25,840 bases of DNA, taken from Myxococcales bacterium. GTDB taxonomy: Bacteria > Myxococcota > Myxococcia > Myxococcales > Anaeromyxobacteraceae. The notes under the pieces are model-generated. The model made no database searches. It saw only the letters and a program-made list of their open reading frames with translations, and was not told where the DNA came from. Location: the NCBI GenBank assembly GCA_038320275.1, contig JBBQEB010000042.1, forward strand, positions 1-25,840, written 5' to 3'. The position numbers were made by a program, and so were the translations under genes. Positions 17,212 through 24,628 of the stretch are shown here, piece after piece. How positions within the stretch are numbered: position 1 is the stretch's first letter; each line of letters starts with the position of its first letter.

Positions 17212-18456
17212 ATGAAGAGCCTCGTGAAGTGCCTCGCCGCGCTCCTCCTGGCGCCGCTCGCCGCGCGCGCGGCGGACGCCAAGATCTCCGACGGCGCCGT
17301 CCGCATCGGCGTGCTCACCGACATGACCGGGTACTACTCCGACCTCTCCGGCCCCGGCTCGGTCCTGGCCGCCAAGATGGCCATCGCCGACTTCGGCGGT
17401 AAGGTCGGGGGCGCGCCGGTGGAGCTCCTCTCGGCCGACCACCAGCTCAAGGCGGACGTGGCCTCGAACACCGCGCGCAAGTGGTTCGACGAGGACAAGG
17501 TGGACGCGGTGGTGGACCTGGTCTCGTCCTCCACGGCGCTCGCGGTGATGCCCGTCGCGAACGAGAAGAAGCGCATCGCGCTCCTCTCCGGGCCCGGCAC
17601 CACGGCCATCACCGGCGAGAAGTGCAACCCGTACACCGTTCACTACACGTACGACAACTGGGCGCTCGCCAACGGCACCGGGCGCGAGGTGGTGAGCGGC
17701 GGCGGCAAGACCTGGTTCTTCATCACCGCCGACTACGCCTTCGGAAAGTCGCTCGAGGAGGACACTGCAGCGGTCGTGAAGGCCGCCGGCGGAAAGGTGC
17801 TGGGCTCGGTGCGCCACCCGTCCCCGGGAACCACTGACTTCTCGTCCTACGTTCTCCAGGCGCAGACCTCTGGCGCGCAGATCGTCGGGCTCGCCAACGC
17901 GGGGCAGGACACGGTGAACGCCATCAAGGCGGCCAACGAGTACGGCCTCACCAAGACGCAGAAGCTGGCCGGGCTGCTCATCTTCATCTCCGACATCCAC
18001 AGCCTCGGGCTGCAGACGGCGAAGGGGCTTTACGCCACCACCGCCTTCTACTGGGACACGAACGACGCGACGCGGTCCTGGGCGAAGAAGTTCCAGTCCC
18101 ACCCGGACAACAAGAAGAAGGCGATGCCGACCATGGTCCAGGCGGGCGTCTACTCGTCGGTGAAGCACTACCTGGAGGCGATCCAGGCGGCCGGTACCGA
18201 CGAGCCCGACGCGGTGATGGCGAAGATGAGGGCGACCCCGGTGAACGACTTCTTCGCGAAGAACGGCCACATCGGGCCGGACGGGCTGCACCGCCACGAC
18301 ATGTACCTCGTGCAGGTGAAATCGCCGGAGGAGTCGAAGGGGCCGTGGGACTACTACAAGGTGCTGAAGACCATCCCGGCGTCGCAGGCCTTCCCAACCG
18401 TGGAACAGCAGAAGTGCCCTTCGGCGGCGGCGGCGGCGGCGCCGGCGAAGAAGTAG
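17212..18456 (+). CDS. ABC transporter substrate-binding protein (LivK-type periplasmic binding fold)
   Basis: Signal peptide; IGVLTDMTG.YSD..G.GS, ADHQ.KAD, WFFITADYAFG, DFSSY.LQAQ.SGA; GGAGG RBS. Confidence 0.93.
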   Translation: MKSLVKCLAALLLAPLAARAADAKISDGAVRIGVLTDMTGYYSDLSGPGSVLAAKMAIADFGGKVGGAPVELLSADHQLKADVASNTARKWFDEDKVDAVVDLVSSSTALAVMPVANEKKRIALLSGPGTTAITGEKCNPYTVHYTYDNWALANGTGREVVSGGGKTWFFITADYAFGKSLEEDTAAVVKAAGGKVLGSVRHPSPGTTDFSSYVLQAQTSGAQIVGLANAGQDTVNAIKAANEYGLTKTQKLAGLLIFISDIHSLGLQTAKGLYATTAFYWDTNDATRSWAKKFQSHPDNKKKAMPTMVQAGVYSSVKHYLEAIQAAGTDEPDAVMAKMRATPVNDFFAKNGHIGPDGLHRHDMYLVQVKSPEESKGPWDYYKVLKTIPASQAFPTVEQQKCPSAAAAAAPAKK

Positions 18457-18478
18457 GCGAAGCCGGCCCGAGTCGACC

Positions 18479-19345
18479 TTGCTTCAGGCCCTCTTCGGCC
18501 AGCTTCTGCTCGGCCTCATCAACGGGTCGTTCTACGCGCTCCTGTCGCTCGGGCTGGCCATCATCTTTGGCCTGCTCGACGTCGTGAACTTTGCCCACGG
18601 CGCCTTCTACATGGCGGGGGCGTTCGCGGCCTGGATCGGGCTATCGGTTCTCGGCATCGGCTACTGGCCGGCGCTCCTCCTCGCTCCGGCGGCGGTGGGG
18701 CTCTTCGGGATCGTGCTGGAGCGCACCATGCTGCGGAGGCTGTACGGGCTCGACAACCTGTACGGCCTCCTCTTGACGTTTGGCCTCACCCTCATCATCG
18801 AGGGGCTGTTCCACCAGCAGTACGGCAACTCCGGTAGCCCCTACCCTGTGCCCGAGGCGCTCCAGGGTGGTGTGCGGCTGCCGTTCATGTACCTGCCGCT
18901 CTACCGGGCATGGGTGGTGGGGGTGTCCGTCGCGGTGTGCCTCGGCTGCTGGCTCGTCATCGAGAAGACCCGTCTCGGCAGCTACCTGCGGGCCGGCACC
19001 GAGAACCCGCGGCTCGTGCAGGCCTTCGGCATCAACGTGCCGCTCATGCGAACGCTCACCTACGGCTTCGGGGTGGCGCTCGCCGCCTTCGCCGGCGTGA
19101 TGGCGGCGCCCATCTACCAAGTCTCCCCGGGCATGGGCTCGAACCTCCTCATCGTCGTCTTCGCGGTGGTGGTCATTGGCGGCATGGGCTCCATCCTCGG
19201 CGCCATCGTCACCGGGCTCGGGCTCGGCATCGTGGAGGGACTCACCAAGTTCTTCTACGCCCCGGCCTCGGGGACGGTGGTGTTCCTCGTCATGGCCATC
19301 GTGCTCCTGCTCAGGCCAGCCGGGCTCTTCGGGAGGGCGAGGTGA
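18479..19345 (+). CDS. ABC transporter permease (LivH-like)
   Basis: GLINGSFYALLSLGLAIIFG..VVNFAHG, TRLG..LRA, VVVIGGMGS. Confidence 0.92.
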   Translation: MLQALFGQLLLGLINGSFYALLSLGLAIIFGLLDVVNFAHGAFYMAGAFAAWIGLSVLGIGYWPALLLAPAAVGLFGIVLERTMLRRLYGLDNLYGLLLTFGLTLIIEGLFHQQYGNSGSPYPVPEALQGGVRLPFMYLPLYRAWVVGVSVAVCLGCWLVIEKTRLGSYLRAGTENPRLVQAFGINVPLMRTLTYGFGVALAAFAGVMAAPIYQVSPGMGSNLLIVVFAVVVIGGMGSILGAIVTGLGLGIVEGLTKFFYAPASGTVVFLVMAIVLLLRPAGLFGRAR

Positions 19346-19379
19346 TGGCGCATCTTCCGCTCGCGCAGGGAGGCCGGAC

Positions 19380-20345
19380 GTGACCGCCGCGCTGCGCGCG
19401 GGCGCCACCGTGGGCTGGACCTCCGGCCGCGTCCGCCTCGTCTTCGCCCTGATGATCGGGCTCGGGCTCCTGCTCCCTTACCTCGTCTACCCCGTCTTCA
19501 TCATGAACGTGCTCTGCCTCGCTCTCTTCGCGAGCGCGTTCAACCTCCTCCTCGGCTACACCGGGCTCCTCTCCTTCGGCCACGCCGCCTTCCTGGGCTC
19601 GGCCGGCTACCTGTGCGGGCACGCGGTCAAGGTCTGGGGGCTGCCTCCCGAGCTCGGCCTCCTCCTCGGCACCGGGCTGGCCGCGGTGCTGGGGCTCGCC
19701 TTCGGCGGCCTCGCCATCCGCCGGAGCGGCATCTACTTCGCCATGATCACGCTCGGGCTGGCGCAGATCGTGTTCTTCCTCTGCGTGCAGTTCCCGCAGA
19801 CGGGCGGGGAGGACGGCCTGCAGGGCGTACCGCGCGGCAGGCTCCTCGGGCTCCTCCCGCTCGATCACCCTCTCGCCATGTACTACTTCGTGTACGCCAT
19901 CTTCCTTCTTGGCTTCGGGCTGGTGTACCGCACCATCCACTCGCCCTTCGGCCACGTGCTGCGCTCGATCCGCGAGAACGAGCCGCGCGCGCTGTCGCTC
20001 GGGTACGACGTCGATCGCTACAAGCTCGTAGCCTTCGTCATCTCCGCAGCGCTCACCGGCCTCGCCGGCGCGACGAAGACGCTCGTCTTCCAGTTCGAGT
20101 CGCTGACCGACGTCCACTGGCACACCTCGGGCTCGGTGGTCCTCATGACGCTCCTCGGCGGCATGGGCACGGTCATGGGCCCCTCCGTCGGCGCGCTCGT
20201 CGTCGTCACGCTGGAGAACTACCTCTCAGGCCTCGGTTCCTGGGTCACGGTCATCACCGGCTGCGTCTTCGTGGTGGGCGTGCTCGCCTTCCGGAAGGGC
20301 TTCGTGGGCGAGGCCATCGCCATGCTGAAGAGGTTTCCGTTCTGA
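19380..20345 (+). CDS. ABC transporter permease (LivM-like)
   Basis: FNLLLGYTGLLSFGHAAF, GIYFAMITL, TGGEDG, SPFG..L..IRENE.RA; GTG 19380 with GGAGG RBS. Confidence 0.92.
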   Translation: MTAALRAGATVGWTSGRVRLVFALMIGLGLLLPYLVYPVFIMNVLCLALFASAFNLLLGYTGLLSFGHAAFLGSAGYLCGHAVKVWGLPPELGLLLGTGLAAVLGLAFGGLAIRRSGIYFAMITLGLAQIVFFLCVQFPQTGGEDGLQGVPRGRLLGLLPLDHPLAMYYFVYAIFLLGFGLVYRTIHSPFGHVLRSIRENEPRALSLGYDVDRYKLVAFVISAALTGLAGATKTLVFQFESLTDVHWHTSGSVVLMTLLGGMGTVMGPSVGALVVVTLENYLSGLGSWVTVITGCVFVVGVLAFRKGFVGEAIAMLKRFPF

Positions 20346-20400
20346 ACGGGCGTCAGCCCGTACCGACGAGGGGCCGCGGGGAGCGCGGTACGCGGCCCTC
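20346..20400. terminator. Two hairpins between convergent ABC operon and antitoxin gene
   Basis: ACGGGC-GTCA-GCCCGT (20346-20361) and GGGCCGCG...CGCGGCCC (20371-20398). Confidence 0.45.
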
Positions 20401-20409
20401 CCTCCTTGG

Positions 20410-20769
20410 TCATGCATCGGAGCGCGCCGCGCTCCGGGTCACCCATTCGATGATCGCCGTGCGCAGGGCCGCATGGAGGGGCAGGCCCTCTCGCTTCGCA
20501 GCTTCCTCGAGCCGCTCCCAGACCTCAGCCGGGAAGCGGACGGAGCGGGGAGTCGTCGGCCCCACCTCCTCGCCCTTCTTCGGGCGGCCGCGTCGGCTCG
20601 AGAGATGGACGCCGCCGGGGAGGGCGAGGCCCTCCTTGGCGATGCGCGCTGCGTAGGGGTTCGGCCGCCAGGTTCCGTCTTTGAGGCTCACCTCCGGCAT
20701 CTCGCGAAGTGAGGCGCGCGAGGGTGGCGCCTCGGTTCGCCGGCCCACCTGCTTACTTGCCTTCTTCAT
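20410..20769 (-). CDS. Putative antitoxin with C-terminal ribbon-helix-helix (BrnA/CopG-like)
   Basis: Overlaps the 3' end of brnT; GAGGAGG RBS; NPYA, RGRP, PRSVRFPAEVWERLEEAAKREG RHH-like pattern. Confidence 0.8.
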   Translation of the reverse strand: MKKASKQVGRRTEAPPSRASLREMPEVSLKDGTWRPNPYAARIAKEGLALPGGVHLSSRRGRPKKGEEVGPTTPRSVRFPAEVWERLEEAAKREGLPLHAALRTAIIEWVTRSAARSDA

Positions 20770-21022
20770 GGTCCCTCCTCTCGCGCTTGGTTGTCCGGCG
20801 AGCGCTGATGATACGGATTTCCTCTTCGGACTCGACGTGAACGCACACAAGCAGGCGTCCACCGCGCGACGTGCCGACGATGATGCTGCGCACTTCCGGG
20901 TGTTCGTCGTCCGGTTGCACCACCGCGAGCTCGTGGTCGAAGACGGTCGCGGCATCCTCGAACGAGACCCCGTGCTTGCGCACGCTCGATGCTGCCTTCC
21001 GAGGGTTCCAGGTGAAGCGCAA
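20753..21022 (-). CDS. brnT: BrnT-family toxin (RelE-like ribonuclease)
   Basis: M.FTW...K.....KHGVSFEDA..VF, E.R...VG, IRIISAR..T.RER. Confidence 0.92.
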   Translation of the reverse strand: MRFTWNPRKAASSVRKHGVSFEDAATVFDHELAVVQPDDEHPEVRSIIVGTSRGGRLLVCVHVESEEEIRIISARRTTKRERRDHEEGK

Positions 21023-21024
21023 GA

Positions 21025-21057
21025 TATAGTATTACTTTAGTCGGAAGCTCGCGGCAA
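21025..21057 (-). promoter_or_regulatory. TA promoter with overlapping palindromic operator
   Basis: Minus strand TTGCCG-17 nt-TAATAC-6 nt-TTG start; palindrome AGTA-T-TACT (21028-21036) in a conspicuous AT-rich patch. Confidence 0.55.
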
Positions 21058-21134
21058 CACGGGGTCGCCTTCGCGTAGCGTGCTGCGCAAGCCGAGCCAG
21101 GCGGGTAAGGGATCTTTCGACCCAAGGAGAAGCC

Positions 21135-21923
21135 ATGCCCCGTCAGGTGGAAGGCCGCGTCGCGTTCGTCACCGGTGCCGCCAGCGGCATCGGGCTCGCC
21201 ATCGCGCAGGCGCTGGCAGAGGAGGGTGCCAAGGTGGCGCTGTCGGACGTTCGCGAGGACGCGGTGCGCGAGGCGGCCCGGGAGGTCGCGAAGGCCAGCG
21301 GCGGGACGGCCATCGCGCTCGCCTGCGACGTGACGAAGGAGTCCGAGCTCACGGCTGCGCTCGATGCCTGTGCCCGAGAGCTCGGCCCGCTCGACATCCT
21401 CGTCAACAACGCTGGCCTGCAGTTCGTCTCGCCGCTGGAGTCGTTCCCCACCGAGAAGTTCGAGCTCTTGGTGAAGGTGATGCTGGTGGCGCCATTCATC
21501 GCCACGAAGCACGTCTTCGCTGGAATGAAGGAGCGCCGCTTCGGCCGGATCATCAACATGGCCTCGGTGAACGGCCTCGTCGGCTTCGCGGGGAAGGCCG
21601 CTTACAACAGCGCGAAGCACGGGCTCATCGGGCTCACCAAGGTGGCCGCTCTGGAGGGCGCCCAGGCCGGCGTGACCGTGAACGCGATCTGCCCCGGTTA
21701 CGTGGACACGCCCCTCGTCCGCAACCAGCTCGGCGACCTCGCCCGCACGCGCGGCGTCCCTCTGGACCGGGTCATGGACGAGGTCATCTTCCCCATGGTG
21801 CCCATGAAGAAGCTGCTCCAGACGAGGGACGTGGCGGACTACGCCCTCTTCCTCGCGAGTGACAAGGCGGGGTGCGTGACGGGACAGGCGGTGGTGGTGG
21901 ACGCCGGGTACACCGCGCAGTAG
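21135..21923 (+). CDS. bdhA: D-3-hydroxybutyrate dehydrogenase (SDR)
   Basis: TGAASGIG, NNAGLQFVSPLESFP.EKF, K.AYNSAKHG, ICPGYVDTPLV.NQ; AAGGAG RBS. Confidence 0.9.
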   Translation: MPRQVEGRVAFVTGAASGIGLAIAQALAEEGAKVALSDVREDAVREAAREVAKASGGTAIALACDVTKESELTAALDACARELGPLDILVNNAGLQFVSPLESFPTEKFELLVKVMLVAPFIATKHVFAGMKERRFGRIINMASVNGLVGFAGKAAYNSAKHGLIGLTKVAALEGAQAGVTVNAICPGYVDTPLVRNQLGDLARTRGVPLDRVMDEVIFPMVPMKKLLQTRDVADYALFLASDKAGCVTGQAVVVDAGYTAQ

Positions 21924-21934
21924 CTCTTCGGCGC

Positions 21935-21948
21935 TTGGCCTAGGTCAA
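21935..21948. promoter_or_regulatory. FNR/CRP-family-like box upstream of the c7-barrel gene
   Basis: TTGGC-CTAG-GTCAA, 9/10 to TTGAC-N4-GTCAA; TAGGGT -10-like hexamer at 21970-21975. Confidence 0.6.
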
Positions 21949-21980
21949 GGCGCACCTCCAGGCGCCATGTAGGGTGAGCC

Positions 21981-23048
21981 ATGCTCCCCGTCGTGCGCCG
22001 CGCCAGTCTCGCACGAGCGCTCGCCGCCCTCCTGGCAGGCACCGCTTCCGCAGGGGAGCCCGCCCCGCTCTACGCAAGCCTCGCCCCTGCTCCGGCCGCG
22101 GCCGCGCGGCTGAGCACCGGAGGGCTGCCGGACGCGGAGTCGCTGGTGGAAGGCGCCCTGCCGCCCCCGCCCGAGAGGGTGGTGCTGGTCACCAAGGGCT
22201 TCGGGACGGTGACGGTGAACCACAAGGCGCACCTCGCGCTGCGCGTGCATTGCGCCGCCTGCCACGGGCCTGGTCCCGTGACGAAGCTGCATCCGATGCA
22301 GGTGCGCGTCGCCCACGAGCGGTGCATCGGCTGCCACCGGGAGACCGAGAAGGCGCCGCAGGGCTGCCGCGGGTGTCACGTGGTCGCGCCTCCAGCGCCG
22401 GCGCCCAGCAAGGTCGCCGCAGCCTCGACGGGCGCCGCGGCAGCGGTGACCCTCGCGGCGGCGTCGCCCGCAGCAGCTGCCGCGAACCCTGCCCGGGCGG
22501 CCTCGAGCAGCGCAGCCGGGCCGGCCGGCGGCGCCCCCGTCGCGCTCGCCGCCCCCGGACTCCTTCTGACGGCGCAGCGGGAGCGGACGGGCACGCGCCG
22601 GGTGGCCGAGCTCGGGTCGGCTGTCCTGATCCCGCGCGGCCGTGGCGGAAGCGCCGGCCCCGCGCTGCGGGTCGCCCTCGAGGACGATGGCTCCTTGTTC
22701 ACGCAGAGCCTCGAGTCCACGCTCTCGCGCGATGGCGCCGCCGGAAGGACGGTCGGGCTCCTCGGCTTCGGAAAGTCGATCCCCCTCGGCTCGCGCGCAA
22801 GCTTGAGCGCGCTCCTCGTGGGCGGCTTCGACGCGGTGGGCGTGCCCAGCCTCACGGTGATGCCCGCGGCGGGGGTGCGGCTCGGGGCGCGGCTCCGCAA
22901 CGGGTGGCCCTTCGCGCACGTCATCTCCCTCGAGGTCACCGGTCTCGCCGACCTCACCCGGCCCCGCGCCGCGGGGGGCGACTCGGCCGGCCGGGAGCTG
23001 CTCGGGTTGGGCGCGAGCGTGGGTGTCCCCCTCGGTGACACGCGCTGA
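21981..23048 (+). CDS. Triheme cytochrome c7 (PpcA-like) domain fused via Ala/Pro linker to a predicted outer-membrane beta-barrel
   Basis: Signal peptide; GTVTVNHKAH, CAACH, AHERCIGCH, P..CRGCH (c7 spacing); about 70-aa Ala/Pro linker; C-terminal region of about 8 amphipathic strand-like segments. Confidence 0.8.
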   Translation: MLPVVRRASLARALAALLAGTASAGEPAPLYASLAPAPAAAARLSTGGLPDAESLVEGALPPPPERVVLVTKGFGTVTVNHKAHLALRVHCAACHGPGPVTKLHPMQVRVAHERCIGCHRETEKAPQGCRGCHVVAPPAPAPSKVAAASTGAAAAVTLAAASPAAAAANPARAASSSAAGPAGGAPVALAAPGLLLTAQRERTGTRRVAELGSAVLIPRGRGGSAGPALRVALEDDGSLFTQSLESTLSRDGAAGRTVGLLGFGKSIPLGSRASLSALLVGGFDAVGVPSLTVMPAAGVRLGARLRNGWPFAHVISLEVTGLADLTRPRAAGGDSAGRELLGLGASVGVPLGDTR

Positions 23049-23059
23049 AGCGGCTCGCG

Positions 23060-23073
23060 TTGTCGCGGGTCAA
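23060..23073. promoter_or_regulatory. FNR/CRP-family-like box upstream of the tetraheme cytochrome gene
   Basis: TTGTC-GCGG-GTCAA, 9/10 to TTGAC-N4-GTCAA; followed by GG as in the first box; TG-n-GAGGGT at 23093-23101. Confidence 0.6.
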
Positions 23074-23135
23074 GGACCGGGGTCGGGGCGTGTGCGAGGG
23101 TCCCGCGTCCCGTTCAGCTCTCCCCAGGAGGAGAC

Positions 23136-23681
23136 ATGAGGCTTCTCGCCCCGATCGTCGCCGTCGCGCTCGCAGCCGTGCTCGTTCCGTTCACCGCCCT
23201 CGCCGCGGGCGGGCACGATTCCATCGGCTGCTCCGGCTGCCATTCCCTGCACGCCGCCAAGGGTGCTGCCTCGTTCGCGGTGGCGCCCAACACCAAGTAC
23301 CTGAATCCCAAGACCAACAAGCCGTACCAGGGCATCACCGCGCTCTGCCTCGCTTGCCACCAGGACTCCGACAAGGGAGGCCAGGGCTACGCGCCCATCT
23401 CCCAGCACGTCAGCCACCCCTTCGACCTCGATCAGGTGAACCCCAAGGTGGCGCGGGTGCCGGCCGAGATGCTCCACAACGGCCGCTTCGAGTGCATGGG
23501 CTGCCACGACCCGCACCCGGCCAACGCCAACTACAAATACCTTCGCGTCGACACCTCGGGGGGAAAGAACATCGACCGCTTCTGCGGCACGTGCCACGCC
23601 TCCAAGGCCGACGCAGGGGCGCTGACCGAGAAGGCCGTGCAGACGGTTCCCGCCGCCAAGGCCCCCGCCAAGAAGAAGTGA
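23136..23681 (+). CDS. Secreted tetraheme c-type cytochrome (paired CxxCH family, OmcE-like motif order)
   Basis: AGGAGG RBS; signal peptide; CSGCHSLH, LCLACH, SHP, ECMGCHDPH, YLR, FCGTCH. Confidence 0.92.
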   Translation: MRLLAPIVAVALAAVLVPFTALAAGGHDSIGCSGCHSLHAAKGAASFAVAPNTKYLNPKTNKPYQGITALCLACHQDSDKGGQGYAPISQHVSHPFDLDQVNPKVARVPAEMLHNGRFECMGCHDPHPANANYKYLRVDTSGGKNIDRFCGTCHASKADAGALTEKAVQTVPAAKAPAKKK

Positions 23682-23689
23682 CGAAGGGA

Positions 23690-23989
23690 CTAGAAGCGGC
23701 TCGGGTCCTTCAGGACCGCGCACACCTGCAGGGCCCGCAGGCCGTTCGGCTTGCACTCCGGAACGGTGCGGCAGACGGCCTGGCAGTCGAAGCCGTTCTT
23801 CACGCGGCAGACGCGCCGGGTGCCGAGGTTCTGGCACTCGGCGTGACAGCCCTGGGCCTCGACGATGATCTGGTCGCCCTGCTCCAGGATAAAGCTGTCG
23901 TCGCCCGGCCCCCGGGCCGCGGCGGTGCCGGCGATGGCGATGGCGGCGACCGCCGCGACCGTGATGAGGTGAACCGCATAGGCGCGCAT
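23690..23989 (-). CDS. Small secreted cysteine-rich hypothetical protein (99 aa)
   Basis: AGGAG RBS; signal peptide ending TAAA; 7 Cys, no CxxCH. Confidence 0.75.
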   Translation of the reverse strand: MRAYAVHLITVAAVAAIAIAGTAAARGPGDDSFILEQGDQIIVEAQGCHAECQNLGTRRVCRVKNGFDCQAVCRTVPECKPNGLRALQVCAVLKDPSRF

Positions 23990-24084
23990 CGAGGCTCCTG
24001 TGGCGTGAAGACGGGTCGCCAGGCCAGATCATTCAGCATGGCGGTGCCGCGCGCGAGCGGAAACTGCCCAGCCAGACCTCATCG

Positions 24085-24444
24085 TCACGCGGGCGGCGTC
24101 GCGGTCCGGCTACCGCCGTCGATTCCCTCGCCCGGGGAAGGCGCGGAGCGCTCGCTCGCCATCGTCACCGCGACCTTCGCAGCCGCCTTGGCGAGCCGGT
24201 AGGCGGCGCGATCCACAACCTCGTGCGCCTCGTCCCGCAACTTCGCCAGCACGTAGCCCGATAGTGACATCTCCACGGGCGGCGGCCGGGGCCGTCTGGA
24301 CTTCGCCACCGCCCGATCCTCGGGGCTGCTCCCCCCCTGCTGCGGGGACTCGTCGTCGCAGAAGCGTCCGCAGGCGGCCTGGGCCGGGAGGGCGGCGCAG
24401 GCGAGCAGGGCGGTGAGCGCGAGGGAGGAGAGGCGGGAGGTCAT
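24085..24444 (-). CDS. Hypothetical secreted protein (119 aa)
   Basis: MTSRLSSLALTALLACAALPAQA signal peptide; start moved from 24789 to ATG 24444 to avoid overlap with pntA. Confidence 0.55.
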   Translation of the reverse strand: MTSRLSSLALTALLACAALPAQAACGRFCDDESPQQGGSSPEDRAVAKSRRPRPPPVEMSLSGYVLAKLRDEAHEVVDRAAYRLAKAAAKVAVTMASERSAPSPGEGIDGGSRTATPPA

Positions 24445-24546
24445 GGTCGGGCACCCTCTGTGAGGATCCGTCCATACCCGAGGCCGGAGGGAGCGACCCG
24501 CACCGATCGGGGCGCCCCCGCGCTCGGGCCATCCTCCCGGGGGCGC

Positions 24547-24562
24547 GGGCACGTGCTCTGCG
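24547..24562 (+). promoter_or_regulatory. Possible sigma54 promoter for the transhydrogenase genes
   Basis: GGGCACGTGCTCTGCG: GGCACG...TGC with GG-N10-GC; two deviations from consensus. Confidence 0.3.
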
Positions 24563-24628
24563 CTAACCACATCGCCCCGGACGAGCGGGCGGTCGCCGCG
24601 GTCGAGAGCCGGGCAGGAGGAACCTCGC

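Noticed and set aside
18422..18441. (GCG)6 run at the end of the binding-protein gene
   Set aside because: Encodes an ordinary poly-Ala tail; in-frame slippage would have little effect
21061..21074. GG-N10-GC upstream of bdhA as a sigma54 promoter
   Set aside because: Lacks the TGGCA and TTGC context and is expected by chance at this GC content; no TCCAG-N4-CTGGA site nearby
24035..24049. CGGCACCGCCATGCT (minus strand) as a sigma54 promoter for the Cys-rich gene
   Set aside because: GG-GC spacing is 9 nt rather than the strictly required 10
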